The translations under genes were made by a program, and so were the position numbers. Below, piece by piece: positions 12,874 through 27,227 of a stretch of DNA of 64,000 bases (positions are counted from its first letter, which is position 1; each line of letters begins with the position of its first letter). This stretch comes from Eledone cirrhosa (taxonomy: Eukaryota): positions 34,286,001 through 34,350,000 of the forward strand of contig OZ024742.1 in assembly GCA_964016885.1 (NCBI GenBank), written 5' to 3'. Under the pieces are notes generated by a model. The model was not told the DNA's origin, searched no databases, and saw only the letters and a list, made by a program, of their open reading frames with translations.

Positions 12874-14179
12874 AAGAAATTGATCACCTTGGTGATCGAT
12901 ATCTTAAGTTAATACATGTTTTGTGATTACAAATTTAAGATGATTGGAAATATGCCAACTGGTTTTATCTCTTGAATACCCCTCGCTAATCTGTATATAG
13001 AATAAATATCTGAACGATTTACTGTTGTATTATCAACTTATAGCATTTACTACACACACACACACATATATATATATATACACACACACATACACATAGA
13101 TAGATAGATAGATCAGTGATCAAATCGTTCAACAAGCTCATTCACGTACCGAGTTGGATGTAACTCGTCAAATTAGACCAAGAAAAAACAATGTCTCCAT
13201 TGGTCTTTCTATTGCTGATACTATCTACCAGACGCAACTCCTTGTAGATAGATAAATAAATAAACAGATAGATAGATAGGTAGAAACTGGTACTTTCCTG
13301 TGTTTCTATGACTGCGTACTGGGTTTTCGAACGACAAAGAATTTGCTTGTGAAATTAGCCTGCAAGTATCTGAATATAAACAGACATATGTACTCTTAAG
13401 GTAATTTTCAGGGAGATTCAGCGTGACAGTATATAATAAAGCCGACCATTTGAAATACGAATATACATCTTTGAATCCACCTGAGTAGAACGGAGCAATA
13501 GGAAATAAATGAGACGAAGCACCGTTCTTGAATCAAACTTACGACTTTGTCCTAGTGAGCCGAGCTTGAACCATTAACCACATACGGTCAGAATTCTCTC
13601 ATCTCTTTCAGTTCAAACCATCACAACCGGCTACTCATACTGATGTTAATGTATTGTTCTCAAAATAAATATTATCAAAATCTCATACATTCAATATTAT
13701 GTGAGATATTATGTGAGAGAAAGCCTTTACCGCGAAAATAACATATATAGAATGATGTAAATGCTAAAGGGTTAAGCCACTCACATTCACTACAGAATAT
13801 CTATATATTAAAAGACTTCACTCGTTAGATGAGAATTCTGAATTCAAAATCTTTTGGAATAAATTACTAATTATATTTGGCTTTGAGGTTCATAGAGTTC
13901 TCAACTCTGCCTAACAGCTACCTACAAGAAGAAAATCAATATTGATTTTTGTGTGTGCGAGTGTGTGTGTGTTTGTGTGTGTTTGTGTTTGTGTGTGTTT
14001 GTGTGATTTCTTGGGCAAACGCGGGTTCATATTTTGTTACTTGGGTTTCCTTTCGTCTTTCGGCAAGATACATGACTCTACCTATCTTATTCAACTGAAT
14101 AATGATGTCAATGTTGATGATGCTGATGATGATAATGATGATAGTGATGGTGATGATAATAATAATAATATTTAGAACG

Positions 14180-14930
14180 ATAATGGTTTCTTATATAGGC
14201 ACAAGGCCAGCAATTTTGGGGGAGGGGAAGTCGTTTAAATAGACCCCAGTGCGGGACTGGTACTTTATTTTATCGACCCCGTAAGGATGAAAGGCAAAGT
14301 TAACCTCGGCGGGATTTGAACTCAGATCATAAACGGCCGTAACTCTATGCTGCAAAGCATAGCGTCCGAATGATGGTAATAATAATTGTTTCTACTTTAG
14401 GCACAAGGCCAGCAATTACCTAGTGCATTACTGGTACTTTATTTTATCGACCCCGTAAGGATGAAAGGCAAAGTCAACCTCAGCGGGATTTGAACTCAGA
14501 TCATAAAGAGACGTAACTATGCTGGAAAGCATGGCGTCCGACTCTCTACCGATACTGCCAATCCCCAAAAATGATGGTAATAATAATGGTTTCTTATATA
14601 GGCACAAGGACAGCAACTTTGAGGGAGGGGAAAGTCTATTAAATCGATCCCAGTGCGTGACTGGTACTTTATTTTAACGATAATAGTAATAATTTTAATG
14701 AGTTTATTTCACGTAATTCAAATGTTACAACGTATTAGGACACCCTACAGAGAGTTACGGTCCTTTGCGTTCTGAGTTCAAATCCCGTCGAGATTAGATT
14801 TGCCTCTCATACTAACAGGGTCGATAAAGTAAAGTACCAGTCACGCACTGGGGTCGATTTAATCGGCTCCCCAAAAAATAAGATAAACCCAACAAATTGC
14901 TGGCCTTGTGCCTAAATTAGAAATCATTAT
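14180..14930. mobile_element. Cluster of four family 1 SINE copies (three minus, one plus)
   Basis: 14180-14368, 14378-14565 and 14578-14680 on minus; 14745-14930 on plus. Some carry an extra gtcgatttaatcg/ac hairpin before the tail. Confidence 0.8.
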
Positions 14931-14939
14931 TAGTAGTAG

Positions 14940-16228
14940 TCGTAGGGTAGACAATACGGGACCATTTCGGTGCTGTTTAAGTCAGAGGCCCTCGCTATAA
15001 AACACGCTATAACACCTTGCAAAACCAGCAAGCTCATAATGTATCCCTCCTACATGAGAAAAAGAACGGCCCGTCTCCGCATTCCCGGAAACCCACCAGG
15101 ACTTGACATGTGGTGGCTTCTGGGATGTGTGATTGTGAAGGGGACGGATACCGTCCCGATAGAAGTGACAAGAACATCCAGAGAGGAATGGACCTGGAGA
15201 TACTTCTCCAGATCAGGCCGGAGAATGTGAAGACAATCCCGGACCACATCCACCTTCAGAATGGGACGGTCATTCATATTATGACCGAGGGCAAAAGGCC
15301 GAATTGTTTTGTTTGTGGGGAAAAAACCAATTTGCGAGCCTTCTGCCCTCAACTGCTGAAAGATGCAAGGGGTCGAAGGGCTCCACTGCTGCCGACGCCG
15401 AGGCGAGGACCACAACCAACACCAGAACCGGCAAAACCACCAGCAACAACACCAATAGAAAGACCACCACAAACCCAACATTGACCAACCAAGGGGCAAA
15501 CGAAGAAAGTTGTCACCCCCCCCCCCCCAAAAAAAAAATACACACATCAATAAAAACATAAACACACACACAGACACAGACCCCTCATCTACCAGTAGTG
15601 AATATGAGGGAAAACCAAAATCCCCCGAAATACAAAAAAGGAAACACAAAAAGAAAAAAAAAAACTCAGCAAAGCACAAAAACACCCACAATAAAAAAGC
15701 AGACACCACCCACGCAAACATTCCCCCAACAACACCAACATCAACACCACCATCACCAGAATCCCCCAAACGCAAACAACCTAAACAGACGCAAGAACAA
15801 ACACACAAACAAACATCTGAAACCACAGACACCGCACTCACAACAAACACAGACACAACCGAAACACCACCACCAATACCATCACCAACACAACCACACA
15901 AACAAATAAAATCACACCAACAAAATATACAAAACTTCGTGCTCGTCAGGAGGGCCAACAAAGAACTGACGGCCCTCGTAGCACGAAGTGAAAATATACA
16001 AAAAGAGGGGGAAATTTTTAATCGAGCACATTTCGCGTGCCAGAAGATTTGTTTCTGGTGCGAATGTCGCTCGATTTATACAAAGAGATACGAGACAGCT
16101 TTCCTCGGGACGTGGGAACCCCGAACGTAAAACCCACTTCAAGACTTTTAAAGGGGTTCCCAAATGAAACCCCACCAACTATGGAGGTAGAACCACCCGA
16201 CCTTCACAAGAGCCCGGAAGGTAAGTAA
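14940..16228 (+). pseudogene. LINE ORF1 (gag-like) remnant
   Basis: Fragmented frames with a degenerate zinc knuckle CFVCGEKTNLRAFC and a Pro/Thr/Lys-rich tail, upstream of ORF2. Confidence 0.65.
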
Positions 16229-16260
16229 ACCTTTCCTCTCTCTCTTTCTAACCTGCCAAC

Positions 16261-19200
16261 ATGGCCGTATTAAGAGTAGAAAGTTTAAATGTTCGAGGCC
16301 TGGGATCGTCCTGGAAGCAGGGTCACCTGCTCAACGACCTCAGGTCTCTAGAAATGAATGTAATTGCCGTCAGCGAGACCAGGATTTCCGACACGGGCGC
16401 ACTAACCCCCATTTTCAACGACTATCAGATCTTTGCATCTGTTAGCCGGCCGGGAATGGGAGGCGGGGTGGCAGTGCTGTTTAGGAAAGGCCTCTCGAGA
16501 TAAGGTCGATCTTCTGGGACCCGGACGGGAAGAGGGTGGTCCTGGACGTGAACAATAACGAAGGTGGTGCCTTTAGACTGGTGGCCCTCTATGCCCCTAC
16601 TTGGGCAGGAAGGCCGGACTTCTTTAGACGTCTGGAAGCCTTTCTGGGTACGTCTCGCCCTTTACTGTTAGCGGGGGACTAGAACGGCATCTTAGACGCA
16701 CTCTGGGACTGTGTGGTAGTATCCGATAGGAGCGGAGGGTGCAAAAGCCTCAAGAACCTGATCAGCCAGTTCCAACTGTCTGACAGAAACCACTAGATTT
16801 CCTTAATGCGCCAGACTTGGAATATCCGCATAGGGTCATTTAGATCGTATATAGACAGGATATTCATTAGGAAAATAGACAGAAATAGTGGAAGCTGTCC
16901 ACGTTTTAAAACGGTCGCCTATTCAGATCACAAGTTTGTGATCTGTATGGTCGACCTAGATAAGACGCGTAGGTTAGGACCTGGTTACTGGAAGCTGAAC
17001 ATGTCATTTCCGGCGCGTAAGGCTTACAGAGACCGGGTCAACAATTTAGTTAAGAAAAAGTTGACAGGGGTACTCGTCAACAATAGATGGCGGGGGCTCT
17101 CAAAAGAGAGATTAGAGTAATGTCAGTAGAGTTTAGCAAATAAGTAGCGTTAGAGAAAAATAGAAAAGAGGGGGAGTTGGTAGATAAGTTAGACGAGGCT
17201 ATTGGTAGTGGCATTGCAACTGACGTGCTAGCGTCGAGAATGAAAATAGACCATTTCTTCAATACAAAACCCGAAGGTTGCATTGTCAGAACTAATGTGC
17301 GTACTCTGACAAACGAGGGAACCAAAGCTGTTCGATGGGCCCGCGTGGCAGAGGCGCAGCGTGGTAATAAAACCATGATTCGGTCTTTGACGGACCAAGA
17401 CGGACACGAGCTGAACGATTCCAAGCGGATGTGTGAGGCCTTTCGCCAACATTTTGCTCGGTTGTTCGGGGGAAGTGGCGGGTCAGAGACGGTGGCGGAC
17501 TTCAGGACCTGCCTCGATGGTTTGCCGCAACTCTCGACGGTTGACGCTGGGCGCTGCGAAAGGCCAATTACTTCAGCCGAGATTCAGAATGCCCTTGTCG
17601 GCTTCATGAGGTGCAAGTCACACGGTTTGGATGGTCTTCCCTACGAGCTTTACGTAAATATGCCAGACTTGTTCTCCAATCTCCTCGAAGCCCTCTACTG
17701 CAACTGGCAGCAAAACGGGAGTATTCCCAGTTCTGTGAGCCGGGGCGTAGTGACGCTGATAAGGAAAGACGAGAACAAGAGGGACACATTAGACAATTTC
17801 AGGCCCATATCTCTGCTCAACACAGAGTTTAAGATTTTGGCCAGGGTGTTAGCGAAGAGGTTGGCGCTTGTCGTCGGGGATTTGGTTGGTGAGGCACAAA
17901 CTTGCGCAATCCCAACCAGGTCCATACACGACAATCTCCACCTAATGCGATACATCATAGAGCGGGTGGGTGTAAACCTGGCTTCGGTGGGGCTCTGATC
18001 AATTTAGATCAATCGAAAGCATTCGATAGGGTCGACCATCGGTACCTGGAGGCTGGCCTTAAGGCGGCTGGCCACGGCCACATCTTCAGAAGCTGGATCG
18101 TTGCAATGCACAGCGGCACCTGCTCGATGGTCAAAATTAACGGCCACCTCTCGGAACCGTTTCAGGTCTCCCGATCGGTCCCTCAAGGGTGCCCTCTCTC
18201 CTCCCTTCTGTACGTATTAACTCTCGAGCCTTTACTGCGGAAGCTGGAGCTGTTGCAGGGCATCCCGCTCGAACCGGGACGCGGAAAGGCTGTGTCGGCT
18301 TATGCGGACGACATCACCGTGATGGTGTCGGACACCTCAGAAATCGAGGTGGTCAGCAACTTATTGGAGGAATATGAAAGGTTGACGGGAGCAAAACTTA
18401 ACCTGGAAAAGTCGGTGGGCTTGCAACGCGGCACCTTGAGAGGCAAGTCCATGCCGTCCAACAGCGTCGTTAGGCGCTGGACGGACGGACCGGTAAAGTG
18501 GCTCGGGGTTTGGTTCGGGCCAGACCTCTAGGTGGATAAGAATTGGGATGAGGTGACGGGCAGGGAGGCTAGTCTCACCCAGAAATGGGCTGGGATGAAG
18601 CTATCACTGAAAGGTCGGGCGGAGGTGGCGAACGCGTACATCGCGTCCGTCATCTACTACCGTCTGACCGTCGTCCCTTGCCCCCGTTCGCGCCTCGCCA
18701 TCTTAGAGCGGCTCCTCTTCAAATTCTTGTGGAGGGGTCAGGTGCCGCTGGTGAGTCGGTCCATCTGCTGCCAGCACCCTCTACCTGCAGGGCTGGGCAT
18801 GCCGTGGCTAATGATGCGCAGACACGCGCTGAGGCTGCAGCATCTCCAGATATTCTGCCTAAACGGTGAACAGGTGTGGTCGCCGTTTGTCAGACGGGCC
18901 TTTCCGCAACTCGTTTCTTTGTCTGAGCTGCAGTCCTGGGTCAAGAAGAGACCGAGACTGGGTGACTGGCATCTGGAATGTTGCCAGGCACTCACTGCCC
19001 TCTACCAGGCGAGCAATGCGGTCAGTGGAACTTCCACTCTCGAGTTCTATAGAGGATTAGTGGTTGGCAAGTGCGACGACGCACTCGGAGAGGCTCTAGG
19101 AGTCAACGAAGTCGAACTAACCAGTCTGTACCGAAGGTCTTTCGAGCCGGGGACGATGGATAATTTCCAAAAATCCCTCGCTTGGCAGTGCTACCGGGGG

Positions 19201-19678
19201 GCACTGCCGGTTCGAGATAAACTCTACAGGCACGGAAGTGCTGTCAGACGGACCTGCCCGAGATGCGCGCAGGGCGACGAAACCGTTCTGCACGCACTCC
19301 TCCAGTGTCCGTGCATTACTGACTTGTGGAGTTATGTTGAACAGCTGTTGTCGCGTGTAGAGCGGAGCCGGCTATCGGCCGAGTCCATAGTGAAGATCGA
19401 CCCGCCGCCTTCTTTTGGCCAGGAAGGGCAGGCAATTTTCCTCTGTCTGGTGGCAGTATCGAAAGAGGTTGTATGGTGGACGAGGTTGAAAGGACTGAAG
19501 ACAGACACTTTTCTCTTCGGCCAATCCCTCATCAAATTTTTCAAGTTTCACTTGGAAAGGAAGGTGAAGGTGGAGAGAGAAGTGCTGCCCCCCCCCCCCC
19601 AGTACATTTGCTGAAAGGTGGGTAAATGTGGCGAGAACGGCCCGTGTGAGTGGGTCTACTCTGGTCATGCGGCTGTAG
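16261..19678 (+). pseudogene. LINE ORF2: APE endonuclease, reverse transcriptase, zinc finger (disrupted)
   Basis: SLNVRGL..SETR, YIDRIF..SDHK..GPGYWKLN, FRPISLLNTEFKIL, DQSKAFDRV, QGCPLS, YADD, CPRC..DETVLHALLQC, FAERW. Several stops and frameshifts. Confidence 0.92.
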
Positions 19679-19932
19679 GTAGGTAAATTTGAGGAGGAGA
19701 GGGGTGCCCTTCCAGGGTGTTCTCGAAGCGTCGGGTCGTTCAGGATTGGGGGGATACCTGAGCGAACCCTGGGTGGTCATTCCCCCTATTGGCGAATTTT
19801 TTCTGGTTGTAATTTTATTGTTACTTTGTTATTGTTATTCATATTGTTTACTCGATCTTTCTGTAAAACCCCACTGTCGCAGTCTTTTGTATTGTCCCCT
19901 ATATGTCGGCCCTTGTGGCCAATAAATGAAAT

Positions 19933-19976
19933 CATTATTAGTAGTAATCATAGCAACAACAACAGCAGCAGCAGCT

Positions 19977-20031
<55 letters not shown>

Positions 20032-20065
20032 CATCAGCAGTAGTAGTAGTAGTAGCAGCCGCCGC

Positions 20066-20097
<32 letters not shown>

Positions 20098-20210
20098 CAG
20101 TAGCCGTAGTAGTAGTAGAGCAGCAGGAGCAACAGTAGTTGTAGTAATAACTGGAGCAGTAGTAGCAGCAGCCGCAGCAGCAGTAGTAGTAGTAGTAGTA
20201 ATAGTAGTTT
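19933..20210. repeat. (TAG)n/(CAG)n trinucleotide array
   Basis: Direct reading. Confidence 0.95.
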
Positions 20211-20553
20211 GATTAGATATTTATTTTTCTGTCCTCAGTGACAGCAACTAAACTTTTCAACTACCTTGAAATTGAAACAAATTACTAAATGAGTGGATTA
20301 TATTTCGATGATCGATCGCCAATGGCAATCGTATCTTTTAATAAACGTGAAGGAGAAATGGAGAAAAAGTATTGATATTTTACAATTTTTAATCATAAAC
20401 TTCAGAAGCCCCAAACGATGAAAGATCCAATGGTTACGGGACAAAAGGAAGAATCTATCTTCTGTTTCAGCTAACAGCAAATATGGATTAGATTTCACGG
20501 TAGCTTTAGTATTATATAGACTCTTAGCATTAGAGTTAAATTTCGTACATTAA

Positions 20554-20950
20554 CTCTTTAGCATTTACATTACTTTACTGATATATTTTCATGGTAAAGG
20601 CTTTATCTCACATAATTATCTTACATAATAAGGGCGGTGGATTGGCAGTATCGGTACAGGGTCGGACCCCATGCTTTGACGCATAGAGTTACGGCCCTTG
20701 CAATTCTGAGTTCAAATCCCGCCGAGGTTAACTTTGCTTTTCAATAATGCACTGGGTCATTGCTGGCCTTGTGCCAAAAGTAGAAACAATAATTATCTTA
20801 ATTATATGGAATCTACGAGATTTTGATGATGATATTATTTATTTTGAGAGCAATATCTTAATGTCAGTATGAGTGGCTATTTATGGCCAGTTTCAACAGA
20901 AAGAGGTGAGGGAATTCTGGCCGGATATGGCCGGTTTAAATGCTAAAGGG
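20554..20950. mobile_element. piggyBac-type MITE with a nested SINE (20631-20790)
   Basis: TTAA-ctctttagcattta ... taaatgctaaaggg-TTAA. The same right end recurs near 13757-13774. Confidence 0.7.
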
Positions 20951-22104
20951 TTAACAATACACGTGTGTTTAAACCATATTTAGGATTGTGTACACATTCA
21001 TACAGAGAGAGAGAGAGAGAGGAAGAGAGAGAGTGTGTGTGTGTGTTTTTGTGTGTGTGTGAGAGAGAGATACACTTACATGTTCACATAGAGATACAAA
21101 AACCTATACGTACAAACATACATTCATATATACGTACATACGTACATAAACAACATACGCATACATATACACATACATGTATACATACTCATACATACAT
21201 ACACACATACATACATATATACATACGTATATATCCAAAACCATATATTCGTGGATACATACATCTAACTAACTTCAAAATAACCGCCATATTTAAACAT
21301 AATGCAAACGATATTTAGAAATTACGTACAATCTATTATCCCCAATGTTATGTATTATTGTATGACTAATCTTGTCGCCGAACTAGTACCAGACGTGATA
21401 TCTTCGTCATAGCAATATTTCTAAACCTTTCATATAATTTCTTATATTGAAAATGTGAAGTTACTGAATGATTAAATCTAATCACATCACACAAGGGAAA
21501 TCGCATCAGTAAGCATTCAAAATGGCGTTGCACTTTCAAAGCTTTACATTAGCAACTCAAGTTAGCAAAGTGTCACACCACGGCTATATGTGAAAAGATG
21601 CTTCTCAATCATTAGTTTATCTTATAAGAAACGTGTACAAAATTATCAAAAAACATCGAATGCAGAGTTCGAACTTTCGAAATTACGAAATGCTTAGAAG
21701 ATAAAGTTCATTGAATATGTAGTTTCCTTTGGCGCAGAAAATACTATAAAATGTATAATAAAATACTGTAAATACACTTCCAGATAGAAAAATACATTCT
21801 CCGCGGCCATGACGAGGAATCGTACCTCTAAGAGATACGAGTTCAATCCCTTGTAACGGTCAGTGACTCGATTTCTGTATCTAAGAGTATTTTATAGTAT
21901 TTTGGCACCTGAGCATACTACATGTCCCATACTATATTATATTTATTTTAACAACATATCTGAAATATTGGTAAAGAACAGATGTGATCTCTGTTATATA
22001 TTTGCCGTTTTTTATGTTATGCGGGAGTGAATATACGTATATATGTATACACATACAAAGAGACACACACATACACAAACACACACACAAACACACAAAA
22101 AAAC

Positions 22105-22135
<31 letters not shown>

Positions 22136-22674
22136 TACACACGCACACACACAAACACACACACACACATATACACACACAAACACACACGCAAACACAC
22201 ACACACATACATACATAAACACACACACGCAAACGCACGCAAACACACACACAAACACACACACATACACACACACACATACATACACATATATATATAT
22301 ATATATAGCGATGTCCACATGCAGTTATGTGCCCAGTCCGCTTAGAATTAAAGACACTAATCACCAGTCCCTCGTATCGTAAAACTTTGAAATTGTTTGA
22401 AGTTGTTTATTTAAATACCACCTGCGAGCTTGGGCCGATGATTGCGTAGGAATTGCACTATCTATTCTTCGACCCCAGTGAAGTATTTATCATGGATATA
22501 GAAATAAACTTACACACAACTAATATGGCCTGTGCTGTAGTCAACATTCTATCCTCTGGCTTCTAATATTTATACATGTCATGGAGCGCTTCATTTTATC
22601 TGATCCATTGCTCACCGACTAGAGTGAGGAGTGCACAACCCTATACGGTTTACTCCTTTTAAAATTGATATTTG

Positions 22675-22709
<35 letters not shown>

Positions 22710-22773
22710 ATGTGTGTGATTGTTTATTATGACACAAAACAGAGGGGGACATATCTAATCAGATTATATATAT

Positions 22774-23030
22774 ATAGTTATGTAATAAACGACATAAGTC
22801 AATTATTCCATTTACCAAATGTTTCACGAAGACAGACGAGCTTGACACACAATGTCTGAAATTGTTCGTCAGAATCAAAATTATTCCGACGAACGGTTTC
22901 AGACGTAAGTGTCAAGCTCGTCTGTCTTCGTGAAACATTTGGTAAATGGAATAATTGACTTATGTTGTTTATTACATAACTACATAGAACACTCTCCTTT
23001 CCTTTACCTTTCCTACGGAAACACTTAATG
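22774..23030. mobile_element. PLE-type palindromic fragment with a hammerhead in each arm
   Basis: About 100-bp inverted arms, the right with a ~45-bp extra tail. Minus-strand att CTGACGA ac...gt GAAAC atttg GTA aat at 22810-22875; the right-arm core is mutated to ccgacga. Confidence 0.7.
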
Positions 23031-23035
23031 TATAT

Positions 23036-24273
23036 TATATATATGAAGTCATAAGGACATATATATATATATTTAAACATAGTAACAGACGCATATATGA
23101 GTGTTGGCTACCTTCAACAGTGTGGCTTGATGAGGGAATGAATTAAATAAATAATTATCAATCAGAGCTATATAAATTATAAGTTTGAAAAATAGTCAGT
23201 CTAAATTTATCCAATTTTCTTCTTAATCCGTAGAAATTAACTAGATAAATAATCATTTGAACGGAGTGAAGTTTAAAATGTAACTCTGAAGAAATAACAG
23301 ATAAATGTTATCGATATTCATTTTATGAGGAAGAGTTAGATAAAATTTACCTAATCTTTCCTCTTAGTCCTTAGAGAACTTTTGGTAACGTTTATCTATT
23401 TTTCTTTCCCTTCAAACTTACATTTTAGACTTAGCTCCGTTTAAATGATTATTTGTCTAGTTAATCTTTACGGACTAAGTGGAAAGATTAGGTAAATTTT
23501 ATCTGACTATTCCTCATAAAAGGAATATCGATAACATTTATCTGTTATTTCTTCAAAGTTACATTTTAAACTTAACTCTGTTTAAATGATTATTTATCTA
23601 GTTAATTTCTACGGACTAAAAAAAAATTGAATAAATTTTGACTGACTAATTATATATATATAATTATTTGCTTGTATCTGTGACTATGTCTAAATATATA
23701 CATATATATCCCTATGAATTTATTCTATACTCCCGTTCGATCGAGTAAACCTTAGGCGGTATCTAACTGTTCTTTCTAGCAGCCAGCCTACTTGCCACCT
23801 AGCCACCATTCACAACCTTCTACTTTGACCACTAGCCACGTGATGATTCTTAGCCATTTTGAATTCATTTCTGGCGGCGATCACTGAAGAAATTTTAGTC
23901 CAAACTTGAGGGAGTCTCTTGATAAGCTCGAAACCTCATGGATAATACCAGGATTGTACATATCCACAAAGTACGAGCGAAACTATCGATAGTCGGGACT
24001 AGAGGAATTTTGGTAAAGTTTATATGCATTTTTTCTTCTAACTTACATTTTAGACTTAGCTCCGTTTAATTGATTATTTGTCTAGTTAATTTCTACGGGC
24101 TGAGGAAAGACTGGGTAAATTTTATCTGACTGTTCCTCGCAGGGGATAGTCTGTATCGTTTGCCTATTATTTCTTCATAATTACATTTTAAACTTATAGC
24201 CTCGTTTAAATCATTATTTATCTAGGGAGAAGAAAAATTGGGTATATTTTATCTAACTGTTCTTTAAACTTGC

Positions 24274-24280
<7 letters not shown>
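23036..24280. mobile_element. HHR-bearing family B (subfamily 2): inverted arm plus tandem greater-than-unit copy
   Basis: 23036-23375 is inverted relative to 23470-23725; 23380-23650 recurs at 24010-24270; shares blocks such as ttagccattttgaat..gcgatcact with 29457-30675. Confidence 0.75.
23913..24000 (+). ncRNA. Type I hammerhead ribozyme, U3-A8 core variant
   Basis: agtctc TTGATAA gctcg...cgagc GAAA ctatcgatag TC gggact. Confidence 0.8.
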
Positions 24281-24336
<56 letters not shown>

Positions 24337-25337
24337 GTAGTACGTCACTAATTTCATAAGTAAGATGAGATAAGCTCGATGCACTCTACGACCTGTGTTC
24401 AGTGAAGAGAAACTGGATGAATTAAGGGCAGTTCAGGTAGCAGAGCATTTAAAATTTAAATTTTAAGAAAGCCAAAGATACGAAATTATAATTTATTTGT
24501 ACATCTCTAGGAATGTTTCAACATGACTACAATTTCACATCCATTTGTGGAGAAACTTGAGATTACTAATTAACAATTAACTCCATTATCGGTGTTTTAT
24601 CCTAACCGTATCTCTTCAGGAAATATATAGAACAAAATAACAATAAATTAACACCACAAGACAAATATCAAGAAAAAGAGAGGTTTGAGAGTATGGAGCA
24701 TATAAGTAGGCAGTCAAAATTTTCAGTGCAATTTCAGGATAAGTTTAACAAGGTTTTCAAACATGTAAATTTATACATTTATTAGTGTTTTTTTTTTTCA
24801 GAAAGAATGTTATAACGAGGAATTGATTACAGCAGGGGTTGTGTGCGTTTGTTGGTTCGTTATGTTTGTTGGTAACAGCATGATTCTTTGTTTAGCCCAT
24901 GTTAAGCTGGCTTATCATTAATGGTGTTCCAACCGACGAATATACTTTCATTTTCTCTTACGAATTTCTACCTACGACAACGTTGTGTGTATTTAATAAC
25001 ATCTGCTTTCAAGACGACACAAATTCACACACCTCATCATAAATATGGTTTTTGAGTCTTACTAACACAATATATAATCTACAAATGTTATTATGTATTG
25101 TATTTGTCAGTTTATAAATATTGAAACAATAAATAAATAAAATAACTGAAGTCATATACGTCTCAACACGATGTTTCAAATCAATTTTTTTAAAAATCGA
25201 TAAAACAATTCTTGCTTTCTAAAATTTCAAAATATGTAAACAGTAACTGAGAAAAACGTGTGAAAGCTGTTTCGTATATATATGTCTAAAGAAGTAGACA
25301 TTTATTAATGTTAATTTTGTTTTTTGTTATTTTTATC

Positions 25338-25417
<80 letters not shown>

Positions 25418-26050
25418 ATGTGTGTCTGTGTGTGTGTGTGTGTGTACATATACATACATATATACACAATTTTCTGTTACTTCAACTAAAAAAATATATA
25501 TTTCATTAGTACATTTATATTTAAATCGAACTGGTAACAATAAACCCAGACATATGCATATACATACAAACCAGCTATACAATTGAAACTCATGTATATA
25601 CATGCATATACAAACATACATACACACACACACACATATTTATATATATATATATATATAATATTGATAAAAAAAATAAAAAACAAAATTAACATTAATA
25701 AATATGTCTACTTCTTTATATATATAGTGAAAGAGTAAAGAATAACATGGTCGGCTGTACAAAAAGGGTTTTATTTACAGTATTAACAATTGTTTCATTG
25801 ATCAGGTGAGTCTAAAGGCCGCTGATCACTCGAAGTTGCGTCACTCGACCTTAAATACAGCGTGTGTCTCTGGTCAAATCATCATTTATTCTTCACTCTT
25901 TCACTACTCTTACTCCAAGAATAACCTACATGGGAATTCTCGCAAACTCGCTACCTAACTAAGGAAACCTCTTGTCGTACGTTAAAACTATCCATAGTAC
26001 AGAGTACTCACAACCTCTAACTGGATTACCTGAAACGATAACCTGTTATT

Positions 26051-26131
<81 letters not shown>

Positions 26132-26153
26132 TATATGTATGAATACATTTATT

Positions 26154-26195
<42 letters not shown>

Positions 26196-26273
26196 AAAAG
26201 AGTCAGGACCCCGACGGCTGAACTCCGGCCGTTTCGACAGGTAGATCCGAATTATATATACATATATATATAT

Positions 26274-27216
26274 AAATATGTATACGTACATACATATATG
26301 TATACAGACGTACAGTAGTATGTATATATATATATATATATACATACATGCACACATATATATATGTACGTATGGATTCACCGAACATTTATTATAATGC
26401 TCGGTGTGTTTGTAAACAAACAGCCCGAATTAAGCCGTACAGTGTCTAGCAACCACCGTTGCTCATTTGTTCAACACTGACAAAGGAACGCTGTACTAGT
26501 TTCAAGCTTATTAGCTATCGTCAGCAACGTATACCTTCCTGCCAGATGATTGAACGTCTGAAAGTATATACTTTTCTTATGCATATTAACGGCTGAGCAG
26601 CCTAATTTGCCTATCGAGTGAGTTAATCGGCCGGGCGCACCGAAAACGATAAACGGAAAAAATGAAACGAAATTTCATTTCTCACTCTTAGTACGGCTGT
26701 TACTTAAATATAAGTATGTATACGTACATACATATATGTATACAGACATACAGTTGTATGTATATATCGTTTCATTTTTTCCGTTTATCGTTTTCGGTGC
26801 GCCCGGCCGATTAACTCACTCGATATGCAAATTAGGCTGCTCAGCCGTTAATATGCATAAGGAAAGTATATACTTTCAGACGTTCAATCATCTGGCAGGA
26901 AGGTATACGTTGCTGACGATAGCTAATAAGGTTGAAACTAGTACAGCGTTCCTTTGTCAGTGTTGAACAAATGCGCAACGATGGCTGCTAGACACTGTAC
27001 GGCTTAATTCGGGATGTTTGTTTACAAACACACCGAGCATTATAATAAATGTCCAGTGAATCCATACGTACATATATATATATGTGCATGTATGTATATA
27101 TATATACATACTACTGTACGTCTGTATACATATATGTATGTACGTATACATATTATATTTAAGTAACAGCCGTACTAAGAGTGAGAAATGAAATTTCGTT
27201 TCATTTTTTCCGTTTA
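26274..27216. mobile_element. Family A head-to-head palindrome, each arm longer than one unit
   Basis: Left arm period 438 bp, right arm period 429 bp. HHRs at 26489-26529 (-) and 26908-26948 (+). TA arrays on both sides. Confidence 0.88.
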
Positions 27217-27227
27217 TATATATATAT

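Larger units (their letters stand above)
14939..19932 (+). mobile_element. L1/Tx1-clade LINE, 5'-truncated and decayed
   Basis: ORF1 and ORF2 remnants; AATAAA at 19921; flanked by direct repeat gaaatcattattagtagta (14920-14938 and 19928-19946); followed by (TAG)n. Confidence 0.9.

Noticed and set aside
15050-15961. 303-aa minus-strand ORF
   Set aside because: Antisense to the A/C-rich LINE ORF1; low complexity and no motifs.
24330-24850. Possible small host exons (polypyrimidine-AG sites near 24510, 24619 and 24801)
   Set aside because: No consistent donor sites or recognisable protein; needs RNA-seq.
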